64,000 nt of DNA from a virus. Its lineage: Duplodnaviria > Caudoviricetes. The stretch is from positions 171,560 to 235,559 of IMG/VR virus record IMGVR_UViG_3300001528_000425, one strand, 5' to 3'. Made by a program: the position numbers and the translations under genes. Position 1 is the first letter of the stretch. Each line of letters opens with the position of its first letter. The notes under the pieces were generated by a model, which searched no databases, was not told the DNA's origin, and was given only the letters and a program-made list of their open reading frames with translations. Below, in pieces: positions 42,535-52,339 of this stretch.

Positions 42535-43071
42535 TTAATTCTCCAAGTTAAGGTTACGTGGATCGATCCCGATCAAACTGGAATCAGATTGGTAACTTTG
42601 TTTGGTTTTGGTTGCAATATAGAAGGATTGTTCCTGAACACCGAGATCTGGATACAACCCTCCATATTGCGCAGCGAAGTTCTTAGCCGCACGATAGAAC
42701 CCAAGAGCTTCTTGATAGCTCATCGTAGAGATAAAGAACCGCTTATGAGAATCCCCGTAAGTATACTCATCAACGACCCATCTATGAAATGAGTCAGCTG
42801 GTGGTTTATCCTTCACACCAAGGCCTTGAAACAAATGTTGCAAAGACACTCGAAAGGAATGTGTACAGGTACGGCAGAGGAACTTATGATCAGCACGAAA
42901 ACTTTCAACAGTTCCTACTACCAGATAATCCGCTGGTGTATGTTTACCTTTTTCCAGACATCGAACACATAGTTCATCTCCGTGGATGACAACTGGATCA
43001 ACATCTGGACCAAAGTTAAAACTAGAACCAACGGACGTGCAGATGGTTGTTATAATTTGACCTTCTCTCAT
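42535..43071 (-). CDS. Hypothetical zinc-finger protein
   Basis: CVRC and CRTC pairs; ATGA overlap with the upstream gene. Confidence 0.6.
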   Translation of the reverse strand: MREGQIITTICTSVGSSFNFGPDVDPVVIHGDELCVRCLEKGKHTPADYLVVGTVESFRADHKFLCRTCTHSFRVSLQHLFQGLGVKDKPPADSFHRWVVDEYTYGDSHKRFFISTMSYQEALGFYRAAKNFAAQYGGLYPDLGVQEQSFYIATKTKQSYQSDSSLIGIDPRNLNLEN

Positions 43072-43466
43072 GGATGTAATGTCCTATCGAAGTATCGAGC
43101 ATCTCTGATATCACCGGAACGCAACGACCGATATGAAAATGTTTTCAATCCATTCATGTAGACTTGATCGAACGTGTTCCGGACCAATTCCGTCGATCGT
43201 TCATCTAGTTCTACACATACCGGATTACGCCCACGTGACCGGTTGTACTGCTCCTTGATTTTTACAGCCTCTTTTACCAAAAACTTGTGGATATCGTCGG
43301 TGTTTTTACAGGCATACAGAGCTTCGATCTGATCTTCTGTAAAAGACCATGAAGCCCAAGTATCCGGATCATCACCAAGAATTTCCACAGTTCCGTAATA
43401 AGCATAATGAAGGAGGTTCCAGTTGATCGTCCGAATCGTATGAATGACATCAAAGGGCTGATTCAT
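43068..43466 (-). CDS. Hypothetical protein
   Basis: GAGGT RBS; coupled to neighbouring genes. Confidence 0.6.
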   Translation of the reverse strand: MNQPFDVIHTIRTINWNLLHYAYYGTVEILGDDPDTWASWSFTEDQIEALYACKNTDDIHKFLVKEAVKIKEQYNRSRGRNPVCVELDERSTELVRNTFDQVYMNGLKTFSYRSLRSGDIRDARYFDRTLHP

Positions 43467-43899
43467 TGGATGACCTCACGATCTTCCGATACAGTAAGTT
43501 CCGCTCTTCACCTGGATACAGCTTGGGTATCGACGTCAGTTTCCAGCAGGGATTGTCCAAATCACCTGGAATTCCATCTGCCGTGCCAACGATATTTCCT
43601 TCATTGGTCGTTACATAGAAGCTAGTCCAATCGATCCGCTCGTCGTACGTACAGTATTTGAATTCGATCCACTTATAACCTGGAAATAGTGGCCAACATA
43701 TTCTCTTGTCTTCATTGATCTTGTTGAGAAGATCAGTTGCGTTATGTGCTACAATCGTAGTTGCGAGTGAATCATCAAGCTCTTTTCTCCAGAACCTGAA
43801 TCGTAACGGACGACGAATGATATTGTGGAAGCATGGTTCACCTTCAACGTCACGCAGAAGATCAGTGAGATGCTCTTTTGAGAAGTCTGAATTTGTCAT
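43450..43899 (-). CDS. Hypothetical protein
   Basis: Start reassigned to MTNSDF (GGAGG RBS). Confidence 0.6.
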   Translation of the reverse strand: MTNSDFSKEHLTDLLRDVEGEPCFHNIIRRPLRFRFWRKELDDSLATTIVAHNATDLLNKINEDKRICWPLFPGYKWIEFKYCTYDERIDWTSFYVTTNEGNIVGTADGIPGDLDNPCWKLTSIPKLYPGEERNLLYRKIVRSSNESAL

Positions 43900-44632
43900 G
43901 ATGTTTCCTCCAATTCTGGTACAGGTGTTCGTGTTGCTTAATACCGGTCTTATCGATGGATTTAAAGTAGGCATGCCAATCAACCGGTCTGTAAGTGTGT
44001 TGAATTTCGACGATGTATGCGGTAATATCTTCAACTCTCATGGTAGAGAGATACTGCTCACGTTGTTTCAGTTCTTCCTTGAACGTATCCAGATAGAGTT
44101 GAGGGAATTCCCTGTCTGCATGTAACCGATCACCCATTCTGGAGATCAATTGCACAGCAGTTTCTTCTGGAGTTGTAACCTCTTTCTCTTCTAAGAGATA
44201 CAGAATACCTCTAAGTACACAACGTGCATCGGCGTTGGGTAACCCAGCATCCGCACATGCGATGATCTCGTCGTCGATAGTAGGCCAAGGAGTACCGAGA
44301 TGTTTTCGTTTCATCTCCTTACTGGAATTCCGATGGAAGAGGATCGTATGTACGATCGTGTCGACTTCCTCTTCAGAATACCCAAGCTGTTTACATTCAA
44401 CTTCAGCGATGAATGCACTGGTGTACTCGTGTTCCTTGGGAAATAGCTTATGACCACTATCGTGGAAAGCAATGTATGCAAGCTCCACATCTGACAGTTT
44501 TCGCTTGAGACAGCGCATAGCAACTGTCATGGATTCTTCGATATGATTCCAGCCATGCGAGCCATACGGCGGATAGTAGAGTTTGGCACGTTCAATCACG
44601 TACTCTCTATTGATCTTCGGCTTTGTTGTCAT
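43862..44632 (-). CDS. HD-domain phosphohydrolase
   Basis: HGWNH..., AFHDSGH, HE, ILFH and CADAG motifs. Confidence 0.8.
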   Translation of the reverse strand: MTTKPKINREYVIERAKLYYPPYGSHGWNHIEESMTVAMRCLKRKLSDVELAYIAFHDSGHKLFPKEHEYTSAFIAEVECKQLGYSEEEVDTIVHTILFHRNSSKEMKRKHLGTPWPTIDDEIIACADAGLPNADARCVLRGILYLLEEKEVTTPEETAVQLISRMGDRLHADREFPQLYLDTFKEELKQREQYLSTMRVEDITAYIVEIQHTYRPVDWHAYFKSIDKTGIKQHEHLYQNWRKHHDKFRLLKRASH

Positions 44633-44749
44633 ATACTCCTATCTCCTTAGTTAATTAAGTTAATGTATAAGTTAGTTATATTCGTTAAAGTAATATATAC
44701 ACGAACTAGAGACCGGGTGGAATATTCCACCCGGTCTCTAGTTGTCGAT

Positions 44750-46120
44750 TTATTTGTAAGGATGATCCAACCAGGTGTGATCCATGACGGACATCTGTGC
44801 TCCAGTTAGGATAGTCTGGATATACGGATGGTTCGCCACCGTTACCGGTTGCCAAAATCCCGTAGCATTGGTTACCGATGTTGCCGTATTGGGGAACTCG
44901 ATCGGGGACCAACGCTTGTCATAGTTGTAATACGCCAGCTGATTCGTGAAATTCAAATTAACGAATCGTCCGATCGCAGCTGTCGATTCTCCAGTGATCA
45001 CATTCGAGTAGAACGTATGTGCATGCCGATATCTCGGAATGTACACTGTACCTCCATTGATGTTAGCGATGGAAGTGGTTGCTGCTTGTGCGGAAGTCAG
45101 ACCAGGATTCGTGGTCTTGATCTCACTGGCATCTCGGTTCGGAGGAAGACTCACCTTACGAACTCCATTTTCGATCATGAGTTGTGGTGCGATGTCTTCC
45201 CATTTAGTGAAAGCCACCAACTGCCATTGATTACCGATATTGTACAACCATACCTCATCGCGACCTTGTACGTAATTGTAATTGTAGGAATAATCCCCAG
45301 AAATAGTCGGAGAGTTAACTCTGGTGGCATTGTATCGGCAGTATCCAGAAGTAGCTGCTCCAGTTACCGAGTACTTGTAACACGTACGAGTAACTTTTAC
45401 TCCATTCACCGTAGGTGTATCCGTCGTTCTGGCGTACAGAAAATAATCTGTCTGATAATTGGCACGTCCAGTAGCGTTATAAGGTCCACTCGTCTGGAAC
45501 ATTTCACGATACAGCATCCGGAGACGAGCACCGTCTTTATCAAGGATGCAGTTCCCAGGAAACCCTCTGGTTCCAAGATGTCGGCAAGCCATGTTGGAAG
45601 TTGGTGTAAATACCAGTTTCAGATATTCTGTAGTTGGAGTTGACACGAATGGCACGAAATACATACGACAGCAGATCATGTCATTGGCTGCACCGTATCG
45701 GACGTACCATGGATGCGTGGCGCCTCTGACAGGTACGATGGTGGTACCCAAGTTAATTCCGTCATCGGCATTTGCTGACAGGATGAACTTGTCATAGTCA
45801 TACATGTTGTTCGTGGAGGTGATCGCCTCAAACAAAGTAGAAGCCATCAACAAGTAATCGCAGTCATTATCGTTATGACCTGCGTGAAAGGTAAAATAAA
45901 TGTATCCATCAGCCATGGTACGGTAGACATACGCAAGACTTGCAGAGTTACCGGGACCGAGCGTGTACTCTTTAGCACGTGCCCAGTCTGGCGTGGTATT
46001 CACGAGTTCAGACTTCAGAGCGTACTGAGGATGTTCGTGAACTGTAGGAGCGAAAGTCTTGTGAAGCCAATCTTGGAATTCAGCGGATACCGCGAGTATA
46101 CGATTGGGGAAGAGTGCCAT
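44750..46120 (-). CDS. Tail-fibre-like protein (MAxFP..HxH family)
   Basis: N-terminus MALFPNRI..FQDWLHKTF..HEHPQY..PDWAR shared with two paralogs; beta-rich body. Confidence 0.55.
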   Translation of the reverse strand: MALFPNRILAVSAEFQDWLHKTFAPTVHEHPQYALKSELVNTTPDWARAKEYTLGPGNSASLAYVYRTMADGYIYFTFHAGHNDNDCDYLLMASTLFEAITSTNNMYDYDKFILSANADDGINLGTTIVPVRGATHPWYVRYGAANDMICCRMYFVPFVSTPTTEYLKLVFTPTSNMACRHLGTRGFPGNCILDKDGARLRMLYREMFQTSGPYNATGRANYQTDYFLYARTTDTPTVNGVKVTRTCYKYSVTGAATSGYCRYNATRVNSPTISGDYSYNYNYVQGRDEVWLYNIGNQWQLVAFTKWEDIAPQLMIENGVRKVSLPPNRDASEIKTTNPGLTSAQAATTSIANINGGTVYIPRYRHAHTFYSNVITGESTAAIGRFVNLNFTNQLAYYNYDKRWSPIEFPNTATSVTNATGFWQPVTVANHPYIQTILTGAQMSVMDHTWLDHPYK

Positions 46121-46206
46121 TGAATAACCTCATAGGTTGGATTGATTTTCTCTAACATGCTACATAGCATGTTAGAAACACAGTTAAAACCAGGAGATTT
46201 CACTTC

Positions 46207-46875
46207 ATGGCTAACTTTCCAGAACGACTTATCCAACTATCAACCTCGTTCACAACTTGGTTGCAGAATAATTTCTCCAATATCAATCACAATCACGATG
46301 GTCGATATGCTCTTCTTAACCACGAACACGACAACATCATCAGTGGCGTCCCAGACTATGCAAGACAGTATAGAGTACGTACCAACGATATCACCACACA
46401 AGGTAGGATAGCGACCGACCCTGTACGGCAAGTTATACGTCCGGTGACAGGTTGCTATCTTCTATGTACCATATATGGAAGTTCCAATACTGAATCAGAC
46501 CGAATAATCGAATGGTCTCCTAACATAAATCGCACTGTTATCATGCCGTGCAGTAACTCCAATGGAGAGAAGAATCCGTTCCGTAAGCTGCTTGATGCTA
46601 TGCAGGCGATAGAACCATTGTACAGATGCTTACACTTCAATGATGTGGTCAGCATGGTGTTGCCGTTGTCACCTGGATTCTACTATCATGCAAGGGTAGG
46701 TAGCGTCAACTCGAATAACGAAAATACGGATGCGGTCCAGATGTACCTGCTTCCTCCATATGGAAGATCTGTAGGCAAGTTGGCAGAGTTGTACGATGTT
46801 ACGGTGAGTTTCAATAATAAAGCTCAATTTCTTAGCTATATCTACAGTAACAAAACTGCAGATGTAAATATTTAG
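46207..46875 (+). CDS. Tail-fibre-like protein (MAxFP..HxH family)
   Basis: MANFPERL..FTTWLQNNF..HNHDGRY..PDYAR; divergent from its paralog. Confidence 0.55.
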   Translation: MANFPERLIQLSTSFTTWLQNNFSNINHNHDGRYALLNHEHDNIISGVPDYARQYRVRTNDITTQGRIATDPVRQVIRPVTGCYLLCTIYGSSNTESDRIIEWSPNINRTVIMPCSNSNGEKNPFRKLLDAMQAIEPLYRCLHFNDVVSMVLPLSPGFYYHARVGSVNSNNENTDAVQMYLLPPYGRSVGKLAELYDVTVSFNNKAQFLSYIYSNKTADVNI

Positions 46876-46887
46876 TGTATAAAGAAA

Positions 46888-46925
46888 CTAGTTAGGAGAG
46901 AGGGATGTCCCTCTCTCCTAACTAG
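46888..46925. terminator. Bidirectional palindromic terminator
   Basis: CTAG-bounded inverted repeat between convergent genes. Confidence 0.7.
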
Positions 46926-46928
46926 GAT

Positions 46929-48133
46929 TCAACGAACTTTTGAAAGTCCTTTGTTGCATTGTTCAAGCAATGGTAACATCTTGTTGACAAGAGCACAAGC
47001 GTCGGCGTAGCGACGTGAAATAGGAGTCACGAATCTTGCTGAATGCAATCCAAGATGATCGTAGGTAATGTATTCTGGACGTTTCGCTGCAGGTCCAAAC
47101 ACAAGTTTATCCTGACGATAAGCTTCATCAAGCGTCAGGAAGTGCTCATTTCGAATAAAGATCTTAAGAGTGGACTCGTTAACATCCAAGCATTTAAGCT
47201 TATCTTTCTGATCGAGCACCCATTCCTTAAATGCTGGAGCTAAGATCAACTTGTCACGAGATGCCGTTAGTTGTTCCACAAAACCGAGCACTTCTTCAAG
47301 TCCCGCTGGAGTAACCCAAGCTGGCAATGCGATCGAAGCCTTGGAATTAAGAACAGTCTGCAGTCTCTGATGCTTGTTGATGTACTTAATAACGACATTC
47401 TCGTAATTGACGGTAAGCTGTCGGATCACAGCTAAACAATCATAAAGAGCCTTAGAGTAAACCTGCAATGTCCTGGTTCCGTCTTTGTGAGATAGCTTTC
47501 CACGGGTAGAATTAATCGCATCACTGATTGCATTGTAATGCTTAGTTCACGTTTGTCGGAAATTGTCACAACCTGTGGATGATCCTGCGATTTATCCACA
47601 GCCTCGTCTACTGCAGCATGAATTACTTCCTTCGCAGGTACCACTTCATTCACACCGGAAGGGGCTTTTGAAATAGCACAGCCGTCCAATATAGTTCTAG
47701 TGATAGCGTGATCACGAACATTATCGGCTAACAAATATCCTTCATTGCCTTCCGTGACTTCTCCCTTTCTCGGGTTTTCCAGGAGACGAAGATATTCTCC
47801 TCCGGCGGACCTTACGAACATCATCCGCATGCGAACCACTTTGTCTGTAATGTAGCCGATGATCGCACGAATGATCCTTACGATCTCTTTCAATGCAGCC
47901 TTAGCTATTTTACCAGCAGTGCTCCAAAATCCCTCCTGAGAAGCAACTAGTTCGTACTGCAACTGATGTTGTATAAGAAACTGTTCGAACGCTTCCACGT
48001 TCTGATCTGTCAGACCGAATTGACAAACACTGGCTTCAATCAGTCTCCATTTATCCAAATCTTGCAATAACGATGATTCGTCTAGTTCAGGGAAAGGCAA
48101 ACCATCCACAGGAATAGGACAAGCTATTCTCAT
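46929..48133 (-). pseudogene. Inner-head-like protein apparently split by a frameshift between about 47470 and 47545
   Basis: ASQE-G motif in the first ORF; the second frame is open from about 47546 (TKHYNAISDAINS...) with no evident RBS. Confidence 0.45.
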
Positions 48134-48217
48134 TTCAACATATTCTCCCAATATGCATTACAAAGTTAAAGAAAAGAACACTAGGGGAATCTTTCTTCCC
48201 CCTAGTGTTCACACAAG

Positions 48218-50332
48218 TTAAGCGATGACCGGGAACGGATCAACAAAAGTTGCCGCATCGACCATATACCAGAACCAACGATAAGATACCGTCACGTTGC
48301 CATCTTCGGGCATCGTAAACGGGATCGTCAATTTGAAGCTGGTGCTTCCATCAACGTTCTCCCAGACGGCATCGTCTTCGGCTTCCCAATGACCAGCCTG
48401 CGAGAAGATCTTGCTTCCATCCGGAAGTTCGATCGTAGCCTGGAAATGTTCAGGAATCTCCGTAGGATCGTTGTATCCGTACAGAGTCATGTGGAACGTA
48501 AGGGTTCTCTCCCCTGCAGAAGCAGGAAGAGTGATGCCCTTGAACGGAGCTCCACCGATCTCGATCGGCCGTCTGCTGTCATTCTGAATTTCGTTGGAAA
48601 GACGGATGGAGCAATTCGAAGTAGAACCAACGCGATAGACACTCCAGGTCTGCGCCTGTGAGAATCGACTCCTCACGGTGAAGTTCCCTTCCTGCATATT
48701 GTTCGTGCAGATATAAGCACACTCCGTCTTGTAAGAATCCATGCTCTCGCTGGAGAAGTTGTTCGTGACAAATCGAATATTTGACGATCCGCACAGGATA
48801 TAAGAATGCCAGTTAACCGACAATGCCACCTGAGAGTTATATTCCCAGCGAGGATTGGAGCGATTACAGGTAATGGAACCAATATAGAGGGTATTACGGC
48901 CTCCGTCATTGAACGCGTACCCAGGATACCAACTGGAGATCGATTTGATCTTACCAAGGCTCAAACTCGCATACACAGAACCTTGTATATCACAGTCCGA
49001 CATATCGATCATCGCCTGATACACCTTCATTGCGATCCCGAATGGTGCCGTAATGTGGATGTTTTGGAGCAGATAATCGGTTGACGCGTTGCGTTGATAG
49101 GAGCTTTCCGTGGTAGCAACCAAAAGTCCGTTGTCATAATCAGTGAACGGATTCTGGTCCCAAGTAGTGAAGTCGTTCAACGTATCCGTGTATTCCGTAC
49201 ACGCATTGATCGTAATGTTGCGGAAGATGTTGTACTGGCCTCTCGAAGGAGTCCAATATCTGCCGTCGTCTTGATTCTGGATATACTTGAAGTAGAGAAT
49301 ATTGGAATTTCTCCCTTTCAGTGTCGGGAGATCAACCGTAACGTTTTCCATGATAGATCCTGCATTCATGGAATTGGCACAGATAACGCCACTCATATAG
49401 AACCTATTCTGGTAAGCAGAATGATTCTGATGTTCTCCCATGGCCACTGTAACGTTATCCACGAAGATACGGTTAACGGTATTGTTGACAAATGGCCGAC
49501 AATACGGATCTTCGCAATGATTGTTGTAGTACGCATAGTACTTGATATTTTTGACCTTTACTTCCGGCGCATTCTGTTGATCTTCCGGAGACCACGTGAT
49601 GATCGGTTGTACTGCATCTCTGCACTGAGTGACATGAGCTTCACAATCTTCAATGCGTATGTTACGCACACGACCAAGGTTGATCGCCCAACCGCGTCCC
49701 CACTTATCGAACCGACAATTGAGAACCGTTGCTGAGTTAGCGAATACATCCGTGCATCCAGTCAGCCACTGCTGTCCACGGTAGTAGTTCGTATCGTTGG
49801 TATCACCTTCTGCCGTGAAATCGAATCCGGAATACTTGAATCGACAGTTCTCCAGATATATTTCGGTACCGAATGAACTGGAGAATGACAGACATGCGGC
49901 TTCGTTGTTCTCAGTTCTGCCATCCTCGAAACAAACTCGACTGATATGAACCTTACGACACGAAGTGAATTTGGTTCCATATCTTCCATTGAACGGCATG
50001 CGTATCCAGGCCCATTCGCGTTCCGCATCTACCCAAGCAGATTTGGCATCTGCAGGCATTTCGGTGAACATCGGATCATCCGTCTTGGGCATACCCATGA
50101 TCACCACACTCTTCACGTTGTTGAAAGTGAGGCTGGAGTTGTTGCTGTATGGGAGTAATGCAACCAAACCAACAGCAGAGCGACGAACGAGATAGATGGT
50201 GTTATCTTCCCATGTGGATGGGAAGTTTCTGGAAGCATTGGCGGCAGAAGACCCATCTCCACCATCACCTTGTTCGTTAGAGAGAGTCGGGTCAATGTAG
50301 TAGAACTTGTGTTCTGTGTTATGTATCAACAT
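48218..50332 (-). CDS. Beta-helix (pectin-lyase-like) tail spike/receptor-binding protein
   Basis: YYIDPT..GDGSSAANA N-terminus; repeated I.LENC.F, V.NC.F and FRNITI beta-helix rungs. Confidence 0.6.
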   Translation of the reverse strand: MLIHNTEHKFYYIDPTLSNEQGDGGDGSSAANASRNFPSTWEDNTIYLVRRSAVGLVALLPYSNNSSLTFNNVKSVVIMGMPKTDDPMFTEMPADAKSAWVDAEREWAWIRMPFNGRYGTKFTSCRKVHISRVCFEDGRTENNEAACLSFSSSFGTEIYLENCRFKYSGFDFTAEGDTNDTNYYRGQQWLTGCTDVFANSATVLNCRFDKWGRGWAINLGRVRNIRIEDCEAHVTQCRDAVQPIITWSPEDQQNAPEVKVKNIKYYAYYNNHCEDPYCRPFVNNTVNRIFVDNVTVAMGEHQNHSAYQNRFYMSGVICANSMNAGSIMENVTVDLPTLKGRNSNILYFKYIQNQDDGRYWTPSRGQYNIFRNITINACTEYTDTLNDFTTWDQNPFTDYDNGLLVATTESSYQRNASTDYLLQNIHITAPFGIAMKVYQAMIDMSDCDIQGSVYASLSLGKIKSISSWYPGYAFNDGGRNTLYIGSITCNRSNPRWEYNSQVALSVNWHSYILCGSSNIRFVTNNFSSESMDSYKTECAYICTNNMQEGNFTVRSRFSQAQTWSVYRVGSTSNCSIRLSNEIQNDSRRPIEIGGAPFKGITLPASAGERTLTFHMTLYGYNDPTEIPEHFQATIELPDGSKIFSQAGHWEAEDDAVWENVDGSTSFKLTIPFTMPEDGNVTVSYRWFWYMVDAATFVDPFPVIA

Positions 50333-50343
50333 GGTTCACATCC

Positions 50344-50826
50344 TCATGGTTGTTCTTCAGTTGTTGTGTCATCCGGACTCGGATGGTATACGAGCGGGAA
50401 CGGAGATTCATCGAAGGCAACCAGTTGCGGTTGTTCGAGTTCAAGTGATCCTTGGAATACTGTATTACCTCCACACCATACTCCGAACATACCAGCCGGA
50501 GGTTTGTTCGGTTGAAAGTGGTTGGGAAATTCCATAGAGATCACAATGGGTTCAGCGAATGCCGTTTCAAGGTCTAAGATCAGTCCACCAGAAGCTTGTC
50601 CTCTACGAGGATATCTGGGAGTTCCGAACTGATCCACATCTTGAAAGTTGAAGAAGAATTCGAAGTCGTTCTGATAGACAGAGTCGATCAAGGATGGAAT
50701 GTCCAGTAGAACAATCTCTTTCCCATCAGGTATCACCACTCCTTTGGCGATAAGGGACTCCTTAGCTTCAGCTTGTACTTGTTCGACAAGTTCGAGTATC
50801 TTGATCGTCTTTTCTACTAAAGTCAT
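50344..50826 (-). CDS. Tail-associated protein
   Basis: AAGGAGG RBS at MTLVEK; KESLIAKGV motif typical of fibre proteins. Confidence 0.5.
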   Translation of the reverse strand: MTLVEKTIKILELVEQVQAEAKESLIAKGVVIPDGKEIVLLDIPSLIDSVYQNDFEFFFNFQDVDQFGTPRYPRRGQASGGLILDLETAFAEPIVISMEFPNHFQPNKPPAGMFGVWCGGNTVFQGSLELEQPQLVAFDESPFPLVYHPSPDDTTTEEQP

Positions 50827-50839
50827 GGCATCCTCCTTA

Positions 50840-51103
50840 TCATGGCGTTGCGTTGACTTCGTATCCAAGAATCTTCAAGATTTCGGTATCCAAATCGCTG
50901 ACAACTCCAACAGTCTTCTCCAAAGCGGCAATCCTCGCTTCGAGATCTGCTCCTCCACCTGTGTTGTCAACCCATTCGGTTGTACCGTCTTCTTTAACGG
51001 AAAGAATCTGTCCAGCTTCTCCAGGGATCTCGGGAGCAAGCACTCTCTTCTGGATCTCTGGTAGCAAACTCTTTCCATTGATGATCACGGATGTTTGTTT
51101 CAT
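50840..51103 (-). CDS. Short tail-fibre-like protein
   Basis: GQILSVKEDGTTEWVD and LEARIAALE motifs. Confidence 0.55.
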   Translation of the reverse strand: MKQTSVIINGKSLLPEIQKRVLAPEIPGEAGQILSVKEDGTTEWVDNTGGGADLEARIAALEKTVGVVSDLDTEILKILGYEVNATP

Positions 51104-51184
51104 AGGGCTTGGTTCCTCCTATTCAAATAAGATGTATAAAATGGTACGTACTACTGTGGGAATTCCCACAGTAGTACGTGAGCT

Positions 51185-51622
51185 TTATTCAATTACATGC
51201 TTCAGATGCATCTTAATGGAATTGTCCTTCTTACGATGACAAGGACGACATAACCACATGACTTCAAGTGGTTTGGAGTAATCATCATGGTGCATCTCCA
51301 GATGATCGATCGATCCACAGATCTCACAGGGTTGTGGAATCAAGATACCTTTCCGTCTTGCGACATTAGCCAGGTATCTTGCATGGTATCGATCTGGATG
51401 TTTCTTCCGGTCTTCTGCTGCTCTACGTCTACCTTCTTCGGATCTAGATTTCATTCGAGAATATTCTCGGTACTTCTCTAGCTTCCTCTGTCGGATATGA
51501 TACTGCGCTGTTTTGGCACAATCTTTACATAGATACAGCAGATTGTCTTTTGAAGTTGGATGGTGATAATACTCCGTGAAAGGCTTATACAATCCGCACT
51601 TACTACAGACTTTAGCCGGCAT
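51185..51622 (-). CDS. Free-standing Zn-binding HNH-type endonuclease
   Basis: CSKC..CKDC, CEICG..HHDDYSKPLEVMWLCRPCH; start uncertain. Confidence 0.7.
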   Translation of the reverse strand: MPAKVCSKCGLYKPFTEYYHHPTSKDNLLYLCKDCAKTAQYHIRQRKLEKYREYSRMKSRSEEGRRRAAEDRKKHPDRYHARYLANVARRKGILIPQPCEICGSIDHLEMHHDDYSKPLEVMWLCRPCHRKKDNSIKMHLKHVIE

Positions 51623-51695
51623 CAGGTCATCTGTTCCCGGATCAACTGGTACCCAATCGGGTAATTCAAGCGGGATATCGAAGGTGTCTCCTGAC

Positions 51696-52325
51696 TTAGA
51701 AGGGAATATCGTCGTCGGAATTGCCGGAGCCGCCTCCATTGCCTCCGTTGTTTCCGCCGTAGCTATTTCCTCCTCGAAAGGAGTTACCCCCATTGTAGTT
51801 GCCACCACCGTTACCGCCATGGCGGTTCGGATCGTATTTCTCATCCGTCCAGATGACCGCCAGCATCGTGCGTTCGAACCACTCGATCATGGTCTCGAAG
51901 GCGAACGCCGACTTGTCCGCATTGCTCATCGGATCGGAGCCGATGGAAATACCGCCGGTGCCGCGGAAGACGAAGTCGAACGTCCGGTTGCCGTCCAGAC
52001 AGTTCGTCAGCGTGACATGATAGAGCATCTCGGCATCCTTGGAGAAAGTGAGAACCCACTCCAGCGCCCACTGTTTGGTCTCCGGATTGAACTTCTCTTT
52101 CTTCACCGGGATCTTGGTTTCAGGAGCCGCTTTGCGGATCTTGTTGAATGCCGATTTCAGAACTTCGTAGAGATACGGAGTGACGTTGATCTTGATCGGC
52201 GGTTTGCCGCCACCCTTGGTGAAGACGGCGAATGAGATCGTTCCCTTGAAAACGCTCAGATTCAGGGATTCCCCGGAAGCCTTGTTGTCCAGAGTAAACG
52301 GTCTGATGAAGAGTTCCTTTTCCAT
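51696..52325 (-). CDS. ChmC-like nucleic-acid-binding protein (phiKZ gp67-like)
   Basis: Position two genes after the SbcD-like gene; Gly/Asn-rich disordered tail ending DDDIPF; high-expression codons. Confidence 0.55.
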   Translation of the reverse strand: MEKELFIRPFTLDNKASGESLNLSVFKGTISFAVFTKGGGKPPIKINVTPYLYEVLKSAFNKIRKAAPETKIPVKKEKFNPETKQWALEWVLTFSKDAEMLYHVTLTNCLDGNRTFDFVFRGTGGISIGSDPMSNADKSAFAFETMIEWFERTMLAVIWTDEKYDPNRHGGNGGGNYNGGNSFRGGNSYGGNNGGNGGGSGNSDDDIPF

Positions 52326-52339
52326 TTGATTCATTCCTT

